From the NCBI GenBank assembly GCA_965228895.1, contig OZ245842.1, forward strand, positions 2,912,001 to 2,976,000: DNA of 64,000 bases, read 5' to 3'. Each line of letters begins with the position of its first letter. Position 1 is the stretch's first letter. The DNA comes from Alphaproteobacteria bacterium (GTDB lineage: Bacteria > Pseudomonadota > Alphaproteobacteria > SP197). Positions 1 to 9,910 of the stretch are shown here, piece by piece. The translations under genes and the position numbers were made by a program. The notes below the pieces were generated by a model, which searched no databases, had not been told where the DNA came from, and saw only the letters and a list, made by a program, of their open reading frames with translations.

Positions 1-526
1 TAACGGCAAGTGCGCGCGCGATACCGACGCGCTGACACTGGCCGCCACTGAGACCTGCCGGCTTGCGATCGATCAGGTCGGGTGTCAGGCCCGCATGGGT
101 GACAAGTTCGCGCACGCGGTCGTCAATCTCCTCCTTCGGGCACAGGCGATGGACCCGCAGCACCTCGGCAAGCGTCTGGCCCACCGTCAGTTTGGGATTC
201 ATAGAGGCGTGGGGATCCTGAAACACCATTTGCGCGCGACGGCGAAACGCGAGCAGGTCGTCGCCTTTCAGATCCAGAACCGATTGTCCATCGAAGATCA
301 CATCGCCTGACGTCGCGTCGGTCAGTCTCAGGATCGCGCGGCCCAGCGTGCTCTTGCCGCAGCCGCTTTCACCGACCAGCCCCAGGGTCTGTCCCTTCTC
401 CAGTGTCAGCGATACGCCGTTGACCGCGCGCACGACACGATGGGGCGCGCGGACCAGGATGTCCGCGAGATCGCGCTCGAGCGGAAAGTGGACGGTGAGG
501 TCGCGGACCTCCAGCAGCGCGGTCAT
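1..526 (-). CDS. Peptide/nickel ABC transporter ATP-binding subunit (OppF/DppF-like), 3' end runs off the window
   Basis: Read manually from ATG 526, which overlaps the upstream stop (ATGA): [15 protein letters not shown]...[29 protein letters not shown] (Walker A); LSGGQCQR signature near the window edge. Confidence 0.9.
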   Translation of the reverse strand, partial: MTALLEVRDLTVHFPLERDLADILVRAPHRVVRAVNGVSLTLEKGQTLGLVGESGCGKSTLGRAILRLTDATSGDVIFDGQSVLDLKGDDLLAFRRRAQMVFQDPHASMNPKLTVGQTLAEVLRVHRLCPKEEIDDRVRELVTHAGLTPDLIDRKPAGLSGGQCQRVGIARALAV

Positions 527-1506
527 CGCCCGGGCTCCAGCTCCTGCCACTTGATGCAGGCGCTGACATGACGCTCGGCCACCGACACAAGCGGCGGCGA
601 CACGCCCTGGCATGCTGCATCACCATAGGAACAGCGCGGGTGAAACCGGCAGCCCGCGGGCAGCGTGGTCAGCGAAGGCGGCTGACCGGGGATCGACGGC
701 AGCGGTTCATGCGGCGTCATGCCGCCGGGCTGGGAATCCGTCAGGCCCTTGGTATAGGGATGCAGCGGATGTTCCAGCAGCACCTGTTTGGGTGCGCGCT
801 CGATGATACGGCCGGCATACATGACCGCGACGGTGTCGCAGGTCTGCGCGACGATGCCGAGATCGTGGGTGATCAGGATGATGGCGAGGCCGGTCTGGTC
901 GCGCAGCTCCAACAGCAGGCGCAGGATCTGCGCCTGCACGGTGACGTCAAGCGCCGTCGTCGGCTCGTCGGCGATCAGGACGGCGGGATCGCAGGCCAGC
1001 GCACCGGCGATCATCGCGCGCTGACGCATACCGCCGGAAAATTCGTGAGGATAAGACGCAATGCGCGACGCGGGATCGGGAATGCCGACCTGGCGCAGTT
1101 TTTCGATCGCCTCGCGCAGCGCTTCCTTGCGGTTCAAGCCCCTGTGCACCCGCATGGTCTCGGCGATCTGATCGCCGACCGTCATGACAGGATTCAGATG
1201 GGTGAGCGGGTTCTGAAAGATCATACCGATGCGGCTACCGCGCCGTTTGCGCATATCCGCCTCGCTCATTGTCGTCAGTTCCTCGCCGGCGAGCTTGACG
1301 GAGCCGGACACGATACCCGCGCGCCGGCTGGGCAAGAGGCGAATGATGGCGCGGCAGGTCACGGTCTTGCCGGAACCGCTCTCGCCGACCAGTCCCAACA
1401 CCTCCCCTTCGTTGAGGTCGAAGGACACGCCGTCGACGGCGCGCAACACGCCATGGTCCGTCTCAAACTCCACAACGAGGTCGCGCACGTCCAGAATGGG
1501 CGCCAT
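523..1506 (-). CDS. Peptide ABC transporter ATP-binding subunit (OppD/DppD-like)
   Basis: GESGSGKT Walker A, FSGGMRQR signature, [10 protein letters not shown] Walker B, C-terminal GCRFHPRC oligopeptide-ATPase motif; start trimmed to MAPILDV. Confidence 0.93.
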   Translation of the reverse strand: MAPILDVRDLVVEFETDHGVLRAVDGVSFDLNEGEVLGLVGESGSGKTVTCRAIIRLLPSRRAGIVSGSVKLAGEELTTMSEADMRKRRGSRIGMIFQNPLTHLNPVMTVGDQIAETMRVHRGLNRKEALREAIEKLRQVGIPDPASRIASYPHEFSGGMRQRAMIAGALACDPAVLIADEPTTALDVTVQAQILRLLLELRDQTGLAIILITHDLGIVAQTCDTVAVMYAGRIIERAPKQVLLEHPLHPYTKGLTDSQPGGMTPHEPLPSIPGQPPSLTTLPAGCRFHPRCSYGDAACQGVSPPLVSVAERHVSACIKWQELEPGR

Positions 1507-2375
1507 CAATCGCGCACCCCGAGCTTTTCGCCCAACCCGTCGGCCAGCAGGCTGAAGCCGAGCGCCAGGATGACAATCGCGATACCGGGGAATGTCGTTA
1601 CCCACCACGCGGTGGTCATGAATTGCTGGCCCTCGGCGATCATAACACCCCATTCCGCGGTCGGCGGCTGAACACCCAGACCGAGGTAACTGATCGCCGA
1701 ACCGGCCAGAATGACAATGACGACGTCCGACATCGAGAAGACGATGGATGGCACCAGCGCGTTGGGCAGGATGTGGCGGAACATGATGCGCCCGTGGCTG
1801 TATCCCAGGTTACGCGCGGCCATGACGAACTCGCTGTTCTTCAGGACCAGCACTTGTGATCGGACCAAACGGCAATAGGAGACCCAACCGACCAGGGTGA
1901 CCGCGATATAGAAGCTGTGCAGGCCGGGCTGCAGGATCGAGATGATCGCGAGCATCAAGACGTAGAACGGGAACGCCATGGTGACGTCCAGAAGACGCAT
2001 CATCAGGGTGTCGACCCAGCCGCCGAAATAGCCGGAGATCGCGCCCAGCGTGGTGCCCAGCAGGAACGGGAAGAGCACGGCAAGGATGCCCATCTGAAGA
2101 TCGATGCGCGTGCCGTGGATGACGCGCGACAAGACGTCACGGCCGTAGTTATCGGTACCCAGCCAGTGCTCCCAGCTTGGCGGCTGCAGGACAATGGAGA
2201 GGTTGTGGGCGTTCGGCGGGAATGGCGCGACCACATCGGCCAGCAGCGCAAGCAAGGCCCAGAACAAGACAAGGATGATGCCGAAGCGAAGTGTGAGCGG
2301 GAGTCTCGCGAAGGCGCGCCAGTCCGGCAGCCGGGGAAAGGCGCGCGTGCTCGTCCGGCGGTCGGCGACGCTCAC
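1506..2375 (-). CDS. Peptide ABC transporter permease (OppC/DppC-like)
   Basis: HWLGTDNYGRDVLSR, EFVMAARNLG (EAA loop), LGLGVQPPTAEWG; GTG start overlaps upstream stop. Confidence 0.92.
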   Translation of the reverse strand: MSVADRRTSTRAFPRLPDWRAFARLPLTLRFGIILVLFWALLALLADVVAPFPPNAHNLSIVLQPPSWEHWLGTDNYGRDVLSRVIHGTRIDLQMGILAVLFPFLLGTTLGAISGYFGGWVDTLMMRLLDVTMAFPFYVLMLAIISILQPGLHSFYIAVTLVGWVSYCRLVRSQVLVLKNSEFVMAARNLGYSHGRIMFRHILPNALVPSIVFSMSDVVIVILAGSAISYLGLGVQPPTAEWGVMIAEGQQFMTTAWWVTTFPGIAIVILALGFSLLADGLGEKLGVRD

Positions 2376-3310
2376 AGCTTGATCCTCGGGTCGAGCGACA
2401 CGGTCGCGATATCGACAAGAAAGTTGATCAGGACCGTCGCGCAGGCAAAGACCAGCGTGATCATCTGCACGATCATGTAGTCGCGCGCGAAAATACTCTG
2501 CACCAGTAGCGAGCCGAGACCTGGCACCGAGAACACCGACTCGACGACGACCGTGCCGCCGATCAACCAGCCGAGATTGACGCCCAAAAGATTGATCGTC
2601 GGGATCAGCGAGTTGCGGAACACGTGACGGACAAAGATCCATCGGGCCGGCAAGCCCTTGGCGCGCGCCGTCGAGATGTGATCGCTGTCGAGTTCGGCGA
2701 GCAGGCTGGCGCGCAGATTACGTGTCAGCACCGCCGAGAGCGCGAGCGCGATGGCGAAGGAGGGCAAGAAGAGCGAATGCAGGTGGCCGAAGAAGCCCTC
2801 GCCGAAGCCGGAGACCGGAAACAGGCCGAGCCAGACGCTGAACACGATCATCAGCATGATGCCGAGCCAGAACACCGGAAAGCCGAGGCCGGATGTAGAG
2901 AGCACGCGTATCAGGTGATCCGGTAACCTCCCCCGATAGAGCGTCGCGACAATGGCGAGCGGTATGGTGAAGAGCAGCGCCAGGGTGACGCCATAGCCCA
3001 GCAGGAACAGGGTCGCCGGCAGCCGGTCGAAGACGAGCTGTAGGACCGGCACCTTGTAGACCACCGAGACTCCCATCTCGCCCTGGGTCAGGTTCTCGAG
3101 GAAATAGACGTATTGCAGCCAGACCGGCTGATCGAGCCCGAACTCCGCGCGAATGCGCTCGATGGCCTCCGGCGTCGCCTTGCTGCCCAGGAGCGTGCGG
3201 ACGGGATCGCCGGGGATGCTGTGCACCATGACGAAGGTGACGATCGAAATCCCGAACAGGACGGGTATGAGTTGGATCGGCCGGCTTAAGATAAACTTGA
3301 AGCGGCCCAT
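2372..3310 (-). CDS. Peptide ABC transporter permease (OppB/DppB-like)
   Basis: IPGDPV, GLDQP..QY, TARAKGL, VESVFSVPGLG motifs. Confidence 0.93.
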   Translation of the reverse strand: MGRFKFILSRPIQLIPVLFGISIVTFVMVHSIPGDPVRTLLGSKATPEAIERIRAEFGLDQPVWLQYVYFLENLTQGEMGVSVVYKVPVLQLVFDRLPATLFLLGYGVTLALLFTIPLAIVATLYRGRLPDHLIRVLSTSGLGFPVFWLGIMLMIVFSVWLGLFPVSGFGEGFFGHLHSLFLPSFAIALALSAVLTRNLRASLLAELDSDHISTARAKGLPARWIFVRHVFRNSLIPTINLLGVNLGWLIGGTVVVESVFSVPGLGSLLVQSIFARDYMIVQMITLVFACATVLINFLVDIATVSLDPRIKL

Positions 3311-3347
3311 CAGCCCCTGCCCGTTGCCGTGGCGTCAGCCCGCATGA

Positions 3348-4232
3348 TCAACGGTTGCGGCCGAGGAAATCGAGCAGCACCGTAAAGAATGCATCGGGCT
3401 CCTCAAAGAACGGCGTGTGGGAGCTGTTGGGGAAGACGTTGAGTTCCGCATTGGGCAGCGCGTTCTTCATCTTCAGCGAACAGGCCGGCGTCAGCTCGTC
3501 GTGCTGGCCGACCATGATCAAGGCCGGACAGGTGATGCGGTGCATGTCGGCCAGCCGGTTCCAGTCCTTCAAGTTGCCGGTATAGAGGAACTCGTTGGGC
3601 CCTTGCATGGTGCCGTAGACGTTCATGTTCCAATCGTTGAGGGAACGCAGCAGCGGCGCCGGATACTCCTGCAGACGGCAGACATGACGGTAATTCAGCA
3701 CCGTGATCGCCGCCTGGTATTCCGGGTGATCGAGCGTGCCCTCGGCCTCGTGGCGCTGCATCATCGCGACCGTCTCCGGCCCCAGCGCTTCGCGGTGACG
3801 CTCGAGCTCGCCGATCAGATGCGGCATGTCGCCGCAGGTGTTTTCCAGAATGACCGTCTTCAGATTGTCGGGATAGGTGACGCCGTATTCGATGGAGAGC
3901 CAGCCGCCCCACGACTGCCCGACCAGATGCACCTTGCCGAGGTCGAGCGCCTTGCGGACCGTCTCGACCTCCTCGACATAACGCGTGATGGTCCACAGCG
4001 ATTTGTCGTCGGGCTTGTCGGACTTGCCGCAACCCAACTGGTCGAAGGCGACGACACGGTAACCGTGATCGGAGAGAAACGAGTGGCTGTCGCGCACATA
4101 GTCGCACGGCAGGCCGGGCCCGCCGTTCAGGCACAGCAGCACATCATCGCCGCTGCCGAAGCTATAGGTAACGACCTTGTAGCCATCGACCTCGACGTCA
4201 ACGACAGCGTCGGCTTCCTTCTCGTACCACAT
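3348..4232 (-). CDS. pip: Proline iminopeptidase-family alpha/beta hydrolase (Pip-like)
   Basis: NGGPG oxyanion motif, DQLGCGKS, GQSWGG nucleophile, HDE acid, SSH His; heads the peptide ABC operon. Confidence 0.8.
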   Translation of the reverse strand: MWYEKEADAVVDVEVDGYKVVTYSFGSGDDVLLCLNGGPGLPCDYVRDSHSFLSDHGYRVVAFDQLGCGKSDKPDDKSLWTITRYVEEVETVRKALDLGKVHLVGQSWGGWLSIEYGVTYPDNLKTVILENTCGDMPHLIGELERHREALGPETVAMMQRHEAEGTLDHPEYQAAITVLNYRHVCRLQEYPAPLLRSLNDWNMNVYGTMQGPNEFLYTGNLKDWNRLADMHRITCPALIMVGQHDELTPACSLKMKNALPNAELNVFPNSSHTPFFEEPDAFFTVLLDFLGRNR

Positions 4233-4320
4233 GCGCACCCTCCCCGGCTTGGCCGTCGCACGACGGCGGCGAAAGCTTGGGGCGGAGATCGTGTGAGGTC
4301 AAGGGAACGGCGCAGTGACT

Positions 4321-6459
4321 TCAAGACTGCGACGCGCACCACTCGCGCCACATGTGGCGTAACGCCGCCTCGAAGTCCCTGGTGTAACGATCGATATCCC
4401 ACGCGGGCCGGGCCAACAGGCGCTCTCGCAAACCGCGCTTCAGCGATAGCAATGCAGCACGATCTTGTGCCTTGGCGGCAGCAATCTCGATGTAAGCGTC
4501 ATCGTCATCTGCGATCCAGTCGTCCAACCCGGCGGCATTCATGAAACTGGCACCCATGCGCTGAGAGAAGTTGCCCCCTCTTTTCGTCACAACGGGTACA
4601 CCCATCCACATGGCCTGCAACGTTGTTACGCCGCCTGTTACGGGAACGGGATCGAGGCCAATGTCGATGCTGGCGTATTCCGACATCATGGCCAGAAGCG
4701 GCCGCTCGCCTCGAAGAATGAGCTGTTCGAAACCAATGCCTTCATTCTCGAAGAGGTCTTTGTAGCGGTTGACGACTCCCGGATCGCCCAAACCCTTGCA
4801 GGCGAGGAGCAGGCGCGACTCAGCAACCCGCTTTAGAACGCGCGACCACAAGCGAACGGTCGACATTGTGAGACTTTCAATATCGTTGAAAGATCCGAAA
4901 GTAAGTGGACGATCTCGATAGCGATCTGTGAAGTCTGGAAGCTGGTAGTCGGCATCTGGTGCATAGCAAAAAACCGTATTGGGAAGTCGCACAACTTTCT
5001 CGGAGTAAAGCTCGTCATGCTCGGGCGGAGCGACGACGTTGTCGGCGATAATCCACCCCATATTGGGCACACCGGTCGTTCCAGGGTAGCCGAGATATGT
5101 CGTCTGAACTGGCGCAAGATTCTGGAAGATAAGAACCATGGCGTTGTGATTCGTATGCCCGGCCAGATCGACCATGATGTCTATGCGATCTTCCTCGACC
5201 CGACGTCTGAACTCGCCACGAAAGATTGCAGGGATTGGTCGCCAAGCATCGACTTGCGAGATGGCACGCCGTGTCTCCGCGTCATAGGCGGCACCCGTCT
5301 TGTAGAATGTCGTATGGAAAAGTCGGGGATCGAGCCGCCTCAAGATTGGCTGCATAAGCTCATTGATGCGGCTTTCGCGGCGCAAATCTGACGTCATGAA
5401 ACCGACACGGATTTGTCGTTCGGGGTCGGGGTTGTTGGGAAACGGTTCGCGGCGTTGGATCCATGTGTTCAGGAACTCCAACAGTTCGACATGCAGATCT
5501 GAAATCTCAGCAGGATTTAGGTGTTCGCTGTACAACGACATCGTCGCAGCATCCGAAGTCACGGCGGTAAAACCCTTCTTGGCTCTGCTCTCGTAGATCT
5601 TGAATGCTCTCGCCGTATCACCGGTCTTGGCAGCGATTGAGCCATTTAGCTCAGTCTCGTGCAGGCTGAGATCGGATGCTGACTCCTCGATCTCATTCAT
5701 TGCCTCGGTCAGTGCGCCGCTATCAACCATCATGCGAACCAGAAGATAACGGGCGCTTCGCCTATCGTGCTTGAGTTCGGCCTCGCGTCGCAACGCAGCA
5801 AACGCACTGTCATAAAGTCCGCTGCGGAACGCAATTCTTGCCGCACGTTCATGAGCGTAGTCATCGTCAGATAGAAGCACTTCATCAAACACACATCGCG
5901 CTTCGCGGACCAGACCAACCTGCGCCAACGCGTCACCGAGTTCGATCAGAGTATGCGCGACAACTTTCTGGGCGTTGTCATCGACCACCTGACGCGCGAA
6001 CTCCAAGGATCGACGGAAGCATTCGATAGCACAACCCGGTCTGCCAATATGAAGTCGGGTGCGGCCGATGCTTCGATGTACATTGGCGAGGTCCTTGGCG
6101 TCTTCGCCCGCTGTGGCGATGGTAAGATAGTACTGGGCGGCAGCTTGTTCGATACGTCCGACGTCCTCCAAACAGGACACGTAGGACAACCTCGCCCTCC
6201 AGCGCGTATCGTCCAAGAGCAATGCTTGTTCGTAACACAACATCGCGCTCTCTCGAGCACGAAGGCACACATAAGTGCCCGCTAACTCCAACCAATCGTC
6301 CACGCTCTGACGATTCGATCGAAGGCGATCCACGTAATCATCGCGAAACCGCTCCAGCTCTGCCCTGGAAGCGCGGGCACGAACGAGAACCATGTCTCGA
6401 GACGAGTCAGTTCTATCCGCCGCCGTATCTGGCGTCGGCGGCTTTATCGCGTCACTCAT
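4321..6459 (-). CDS. TPR-repeat O-GlcNAc transferase-like protein (SPINDLY/GT41 family)
   Basis: N-terminal helical TPR-like repeats; IRVGFMTSD, DIMVDLAGHT, APVQTTYLGYPGTTG, TFGSFN, DIGLDP..GGVTTLQAMWMGVPVV; visibly lower GC than its neighbours; start uncertain (6459 or 6573). Confidence 0.88.
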   Translation of the reverse strand: MSDAIKPPTPDTAADRTDSSRDMVLVRARASRAELERFRDDYVDRLRSNRQSVDDWLELAGTYVCLRARESAMLCYEQALLLDDTRWRARLSYVSCLEDVGRIEQAAAQYYLTIATAGEDAKDLANVHRSIGRTRLHIGRPGCAIECFRRSLEFARQVVDDNAQKVVAHTLIELGDALAQVGLVREARCVFDEVLLSDDDYAHERAARIAFRSGLYDSAFAALRREAELKHDRRSARYLLVRMMVDSGALTEAMNEIEESASDLSLHETELNGSIAAKTGDTARAFKIYESRAKKGFTAVTSDAATMSLYSEHLNPAEISDLHVELLEFLNTWIQRREPFPNNPDPERQIRVGFMTSDLRRESRINELMQPILRRLDPRLFHTTFYKTGAAYDAETRRAISQVDAWRPIPAIFRGEFRRRVEEDRIDIMVDLAGHTNHNAMVLIFQNLAPVQTTYLGYPGTTGVPNMGWIIADNVVAPPEHDELYSEKVVRLPNTVFCYAPDADYQLPDFTDRYRDRPLTFGSFNDIESLTMSTVRLWSRVLKRVAESRLLLACKGLGDPGVVNRYKDLFENEGIGFEQLILRGERPLLAMMSEYASIDIGLDPVPVTGGVTTLQAMWMGVPVVTKRGGNFSQRMGASFMNAAGLDDWIADDDDAYIEIAAAKAQDRAALLSLKRGLRERLLARPAWDIDRYTRDFEAALRHMWREWCASQS

Positions 6460-6582
6460 GGTCGAAAATCCAAGTCTTGCGACGACCGGCGGAATCTCAA
6501 ATCGGGAGAGTTCTCCAAACCGGCAAGCCGCCGCGGTATGGACTACAGGTTGCACCTGCGGCGTGTCAAGCACGCCATGGTA

Positions 6583-7563
6583 TTAGGTCTCCGTGGACGT
6601 GACCGTCACCGGCGCCGGCAAGACCTGGAAGTAAGGATGCACCGGCGCGTCCTTTGGCTTGACGAAAAAACGCCGGGCGAGTTCGCGGTAGCCGTTCTGC
6701 ACGAAGCCGCCGTTTTCGGCCAGCACCTCGTCGCGTTGTTCGCGATAGCGCGCCGGCAGTTCGTACCACGGGCGGCCGGGCTCGCGGTGATGGACGGCGT
6801 GCAGGTTGTTGTTGAGGAACAACAGTGCCAGCGGCCACTCCGCTTCGTTGATCACCGTGCGGTGGCCGACCTGTTCAGCCGGGCGGTGTTCGGCGTAGGA
6901 GCGCAGCAAGGTCAGCGCCATACCGGGATAGGCAAAGAACAGCAGATACGCCCAGACCGGAATGCCGCAAACCGCGATCACCCAGGTCAACACGAGAGCG
7001 ACGCCGACAAAATGCAGTAGCCAGGCAACCATCTGTTCTCTGTCGCCCTGCATGAAGCTGATGACGGCCGCACGATAGAGCCAGAAGGTCGTGACGAACG
7101 GCCCGACGATCAGGCGGCCGGCCAAGGTGCTGAGCACCCAGCGCAGGCCACGCCCCACGGCACCCATTGATTCCCAGGCGTCCGGTGTTGCGTAACAGCT
7201 TTCCGGATCCTTGATCGGACACGTCAATTGCTGGTCGCGATGGTGAGTCAGATGGCTCTCGCGGTAGACCCGGTAGGGATACCAGAGAGACAGCGACGGA
7301 AAGACGATGAGTTCGTTGACGAGGTCATTGCGCGTCGGGTGGCCGTGGACGGCCTCATGCTGCAACGACCCGTGCCAAGCGCAGAGCCAGCCGCCAAGCA
7401 GGAAAACCAGCCAGCCCGGCAGGACATCATAACTCCAGGTAACCGCGAACCAGCCGAGGTAGATGACCACGACCAGCGCCCATGTCGGCACCTCATGACG
7501 GCGCCAAAAGTTCGGCACATCAAGGCTGATGGGTCTGTTATGTCGCGCGCTCGTTCCTGACAT
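6583..7563 (-). CDS. Membrane fatty acid desaturase-family protein
   Basis: His boxes QHEAVHGH, HLTHH, EH, NLHAVHH with hydrophobic segments. Confidence 0.88.
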   Translation of the reverse strand: MSGTSARHNRPISLDVPNFWRRHEVPTWALVVVIYLGWFAVTWSYDVLPGWLVFLLGGWLCAWHGSLQHEAVHGHPTRNDLVNELIVFPSLSLWYPYRVYRESHLTHHRDQQLTCPIKDPESCYATPDAWESMGAVGRGLRWVLSTLAGRLIVGPFVTTFWLYRAAVISFMQGDREQMVAWLLHFVGVALVLTWVIAVCGIPVWAYLLFFAYPGMALTLLRSYAEHRPAEQVGHRTVINEAEWPLALLFLNNNLHAVHHREPGRPWYELPARYREQRDEVLAENGGFVQNGYRELARRFFVKPKDAPVHPYFQVLPAPVTVTSTET

Positions 7564-7689
7564 GACCCTGTCATGTTTCCCCGTGATCACGGTTTTGTCA
7601 TGATGGGAATGCGCAGATTCCGAGACGATTAGTCACCAAGTGCGACATTTTGTGATAAAACACAGCATCTGTTGGAAAAAGAGGATAGT

Positions 7690-8556
7690 GTGACGACGTT
7701 ACGCTACGACCGACGAGAGACCGTCAGGATCTTTCGGGATCGCCTGCAGGCGGTATTGGAGCAAGGCCAGTTCAGCCAGTCGGCGTTCGCCCAGCGCATA
7801 GGCATCGACCGTTCGACGCTGTCGCAATTGCTGTCGCCCCATAACGACCGCCTGCCGCGCGCCGATACGGTGGCGGCGATGGCGTTGGCCGGTCAGGTCA
7901 GTGTCGACTGGCTGTTGGGTTTGAGCCAGGACGAGACCGGCGACGAGGCTATTGTCGGCCAGCCCCTGGAGATCGCACGCGAAGCCTGGGACCCCGCCAA
8001 CGAACGGCTGACCGTGTGGCACGCGGAAGCCGCCGGCTACAAGATCCGCTATGTGCCGAGTACCCTGCCCGACCTCCTGAAGACCGACGCGGTGACGGAG
8101 TTCGAATACGAACCGAGCCAGGGCATGACCGTGAACGAGGCCGCTACCACGGCGCAATCAAGGCTCGACTATTCGCGCCGGCCCGAGACCGATATCGAAG
8201 CCTGCAGTTCGTTCCAGTCGGTTGAGGGTTTTGCCCGCGGCGAAGGCATCTGGCGCGACCTGCCGGCCCAGGCGCGGCGCGAACAACTGACCCAGTTGGC
8301 CGATTTGTCGGAGGAGCTCTACCCGACCTTCCGCTGGTTCCTGTTCGACGCGCTCGAACGCTACGTGCCGCCGATCACGGTGTTTGGCCCATTGCGCGCC
8401 ATTCTCTATGCCGGCGAGGTCTATTTCATCTTCAACGCGACCGAACACATCCGGCTCCTCACCGAACATTTCGATTCGCTGATCCGTTCGGCCGTGGTAC
8501 AGCCGAACGAGCTGCCGCAATACGTTCGCGACCTCATGGGAGAGATCGATGGCTGA
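7690..8556 (+). CDS. XRE-family HTH transcriptional regulator with C-terminal putative ligand-binding domain
   Basis: SQSAFAQRIGIDRSTLSQLL helix-turn-helix, VSVDWLLG; GAGGA SD before GTG 7690; divergent from the desaturase. Confidence 0.88.
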   Translation: MTTLRYDRRETVRIFRDRLQAVLEQGQFSQSAFAQRIGIDRSTLSQLLSPHNDRLPRADTVAAMALAGQVSVDWLLGLSQDETGDEAIVGQPLEIAREAWDPANERLTVWHAEAAGYKIRYVPSTLPDLLKTDAVTEFEYEPSQGMTVNEAATTAQSRLDYSRRPETDIEACSSFQSVEGFARGEGIWRDLPAQARREQLTQLADLSEELYPTFRWFLFDALERYVPPITVFGPLRAILYAGEVYFIFNATEHIRLLTEHFDSLIRSAVVQPNELPQYVRDLMGEIDG

Positions 8557-8971
8557 GCCCACAAAACCCATGCGCGGCGGTTGCCTGTGCGGCGCCGTGC
8601 GTTATGAGATCGACGGCCCGTTGCGCGATGTCGTCACCTGCCATTGCGGCCAGTGCCTGAAGACCCACGGCAACTACGCCGCCTATAGCGCCACCGACAA
8701 AACGAACCTGCGGCTGATCGAGGACCGCGGCCTCGCCTGGTACGATTCCTCCGACAAGGCCAAGCGCGGCTTTTGCCGGGAGTGCGGCGCGAGCCTGTTC
8801 TGGGAACCCAGCTTCGCCGACTATGTCGCGGTCTCCGCCGGTTCGATGGAGGGACCGACCGGGTTGAAAGTCACGCGGCATATCTTCACCCGGGACAAGC
8901 CGGACTGGTACGAGATTACCGATGGCAAGGACGAGGTCCTGGAAAGCATGTACACGTCGGACACCGGATGA
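8549..8971 (+). CDS. GFA (glutathione-dependent formaldehyde-activating / CENP-V) family protein
   Basis: GGCLCGAVRY, CHCGQC, RGFCRECG zinc motifs. Confidence 0.9.
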   Translation: MAEPTKPMRGGCLCGAVRYEIDGPLRDVVTCHCGQCLKTHGNYAAYSATDKTNLRLIEDRGLAWYDSSDKAKRGFCRECGASLFWEPSFADYVAVSAGSMEGPTGLKVTRHIFTRDKPDWYEITDGKDEVLESMYTSDTG

Positions 8972-9771
8972 TCGCCGGCCTGCCCATGTACGCGCTGCCA
9001 GAGGTTCAGGCGGCGACCGATGCATGGTGGCAGGGCTTGGCGCGGGCGTTTCGTGCCGCCGGTCTCGACGACGTGCCGGACGGTCTGGATCAAGACGGCG
9101 ACCGGCTGCAACACTGGGCTTCGCCCGATCTGCTGTTGTCGCAGAGCTGCGGCTATCCGCTCAGGCACGACTTTGCCGATCACCTGCAGCCCGTCGCAAC
9201 GCCATGTTACCGGGCCGAAGGCTGCGACGGCCCGACCTATCTGAGCGTGATCATCGTCGCCCAGGACAATCCGGCTGGCGCGATCACCGACCTGCGCGGC
9301 CAACGCGCGGCGATCAACGGCTGGGACTCCCAATCGGGCATGAGCGCGCTGCGCGCCGTGGTCGCGCCCCACCACCGCGACGGGCGTTTCTTTGGCGAGG
9401 TCATGGTCTCCGGCGGCCATGGGCTCAGCCTCGCGGCGGTGCGCGAGGGCAAGGCCGATGTGGCGGCGATCGACTGCGTGACCTTCGCGCTTGTCCTGCG
9501 TCACGCACCCGCCATGGTCGACGGCGTCAGGGTTCTCATGCGGTCACCGGCGGTACCGGCCCTGCCCTACGTCACCCATATCGGTCACCCCGCCGAGACG
9601 GTCGCGAAGCTGCAAAACGGGCTGGCCGCCGCCATCGCCAACCCGGACCTCGCGGGCGCCCGCGACACGCTTTTGATCGAGGATTTCGCCGTTCTGACGG
9701 TCGACGATTACGCGCCAATCGACGCGATGCAGGACGAGGCGATCGCGCGAGGTTACCCACAAATCGCCTAA
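8968..9771 (+). CDS. PhnD/SsuA-like periplasmic-binding-fold protein lacking an obvious signal peptide
   Basis: ATGA-coupled start MIAGLPMY; SQSCGYP, DLRGQRAAIN..DSQSG, GGH..SL.AV..G.ADVAAIDCVT. Confidence 0.8.
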   Translation: MIAGLPMYALPEVQAATDAWWQGLARAFRAAGLDDVPDGLDQDGDRLQHWASPDLLLSQSCGYPLRHDFADHLQPVATPCYRAEGCDGPTYLSVIIVAQDNPAGAITDLRGQRAAINGWDSQSGMSALRAVVAPHHRDGRFFGEVMVSGGHGLSLAAVREGKADVAAIDCVTFALVLRHAPAMVDGVRVLMRSPAVPALPYVTHIGHPAETVAKLQNGLAAAIANPDLAGARDTLLIEDFAVLTVDDYAPIDAMQDEAIARGYPQIA

Positions 9772-9910
9772 CACTACACTATCTTGTGGATGAACATTGT
9801 TCACGGCCGCAACATCTGTCTTTCTTCTGTATAAGTCAGATTATGCTTGAATCTCATTGAGTTAGACGTGACCCTTCACGTGGGAGTTCAAAGGGGAACG
9901 TTTGTACACC

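Noticed and set aside
8968-9771. Phosphonate ABC transporter (phnCDE)
   Set aside because: No permease or ATPase nearby and no signal peptide seen
9791-9910. LexA (SOS) box upstream of MT-A70
   Set aside because: GTTC/GAAC half-sites are present, but not in the alphaproteobacterial GTTC-N7-GTTC direct-repeat spacing
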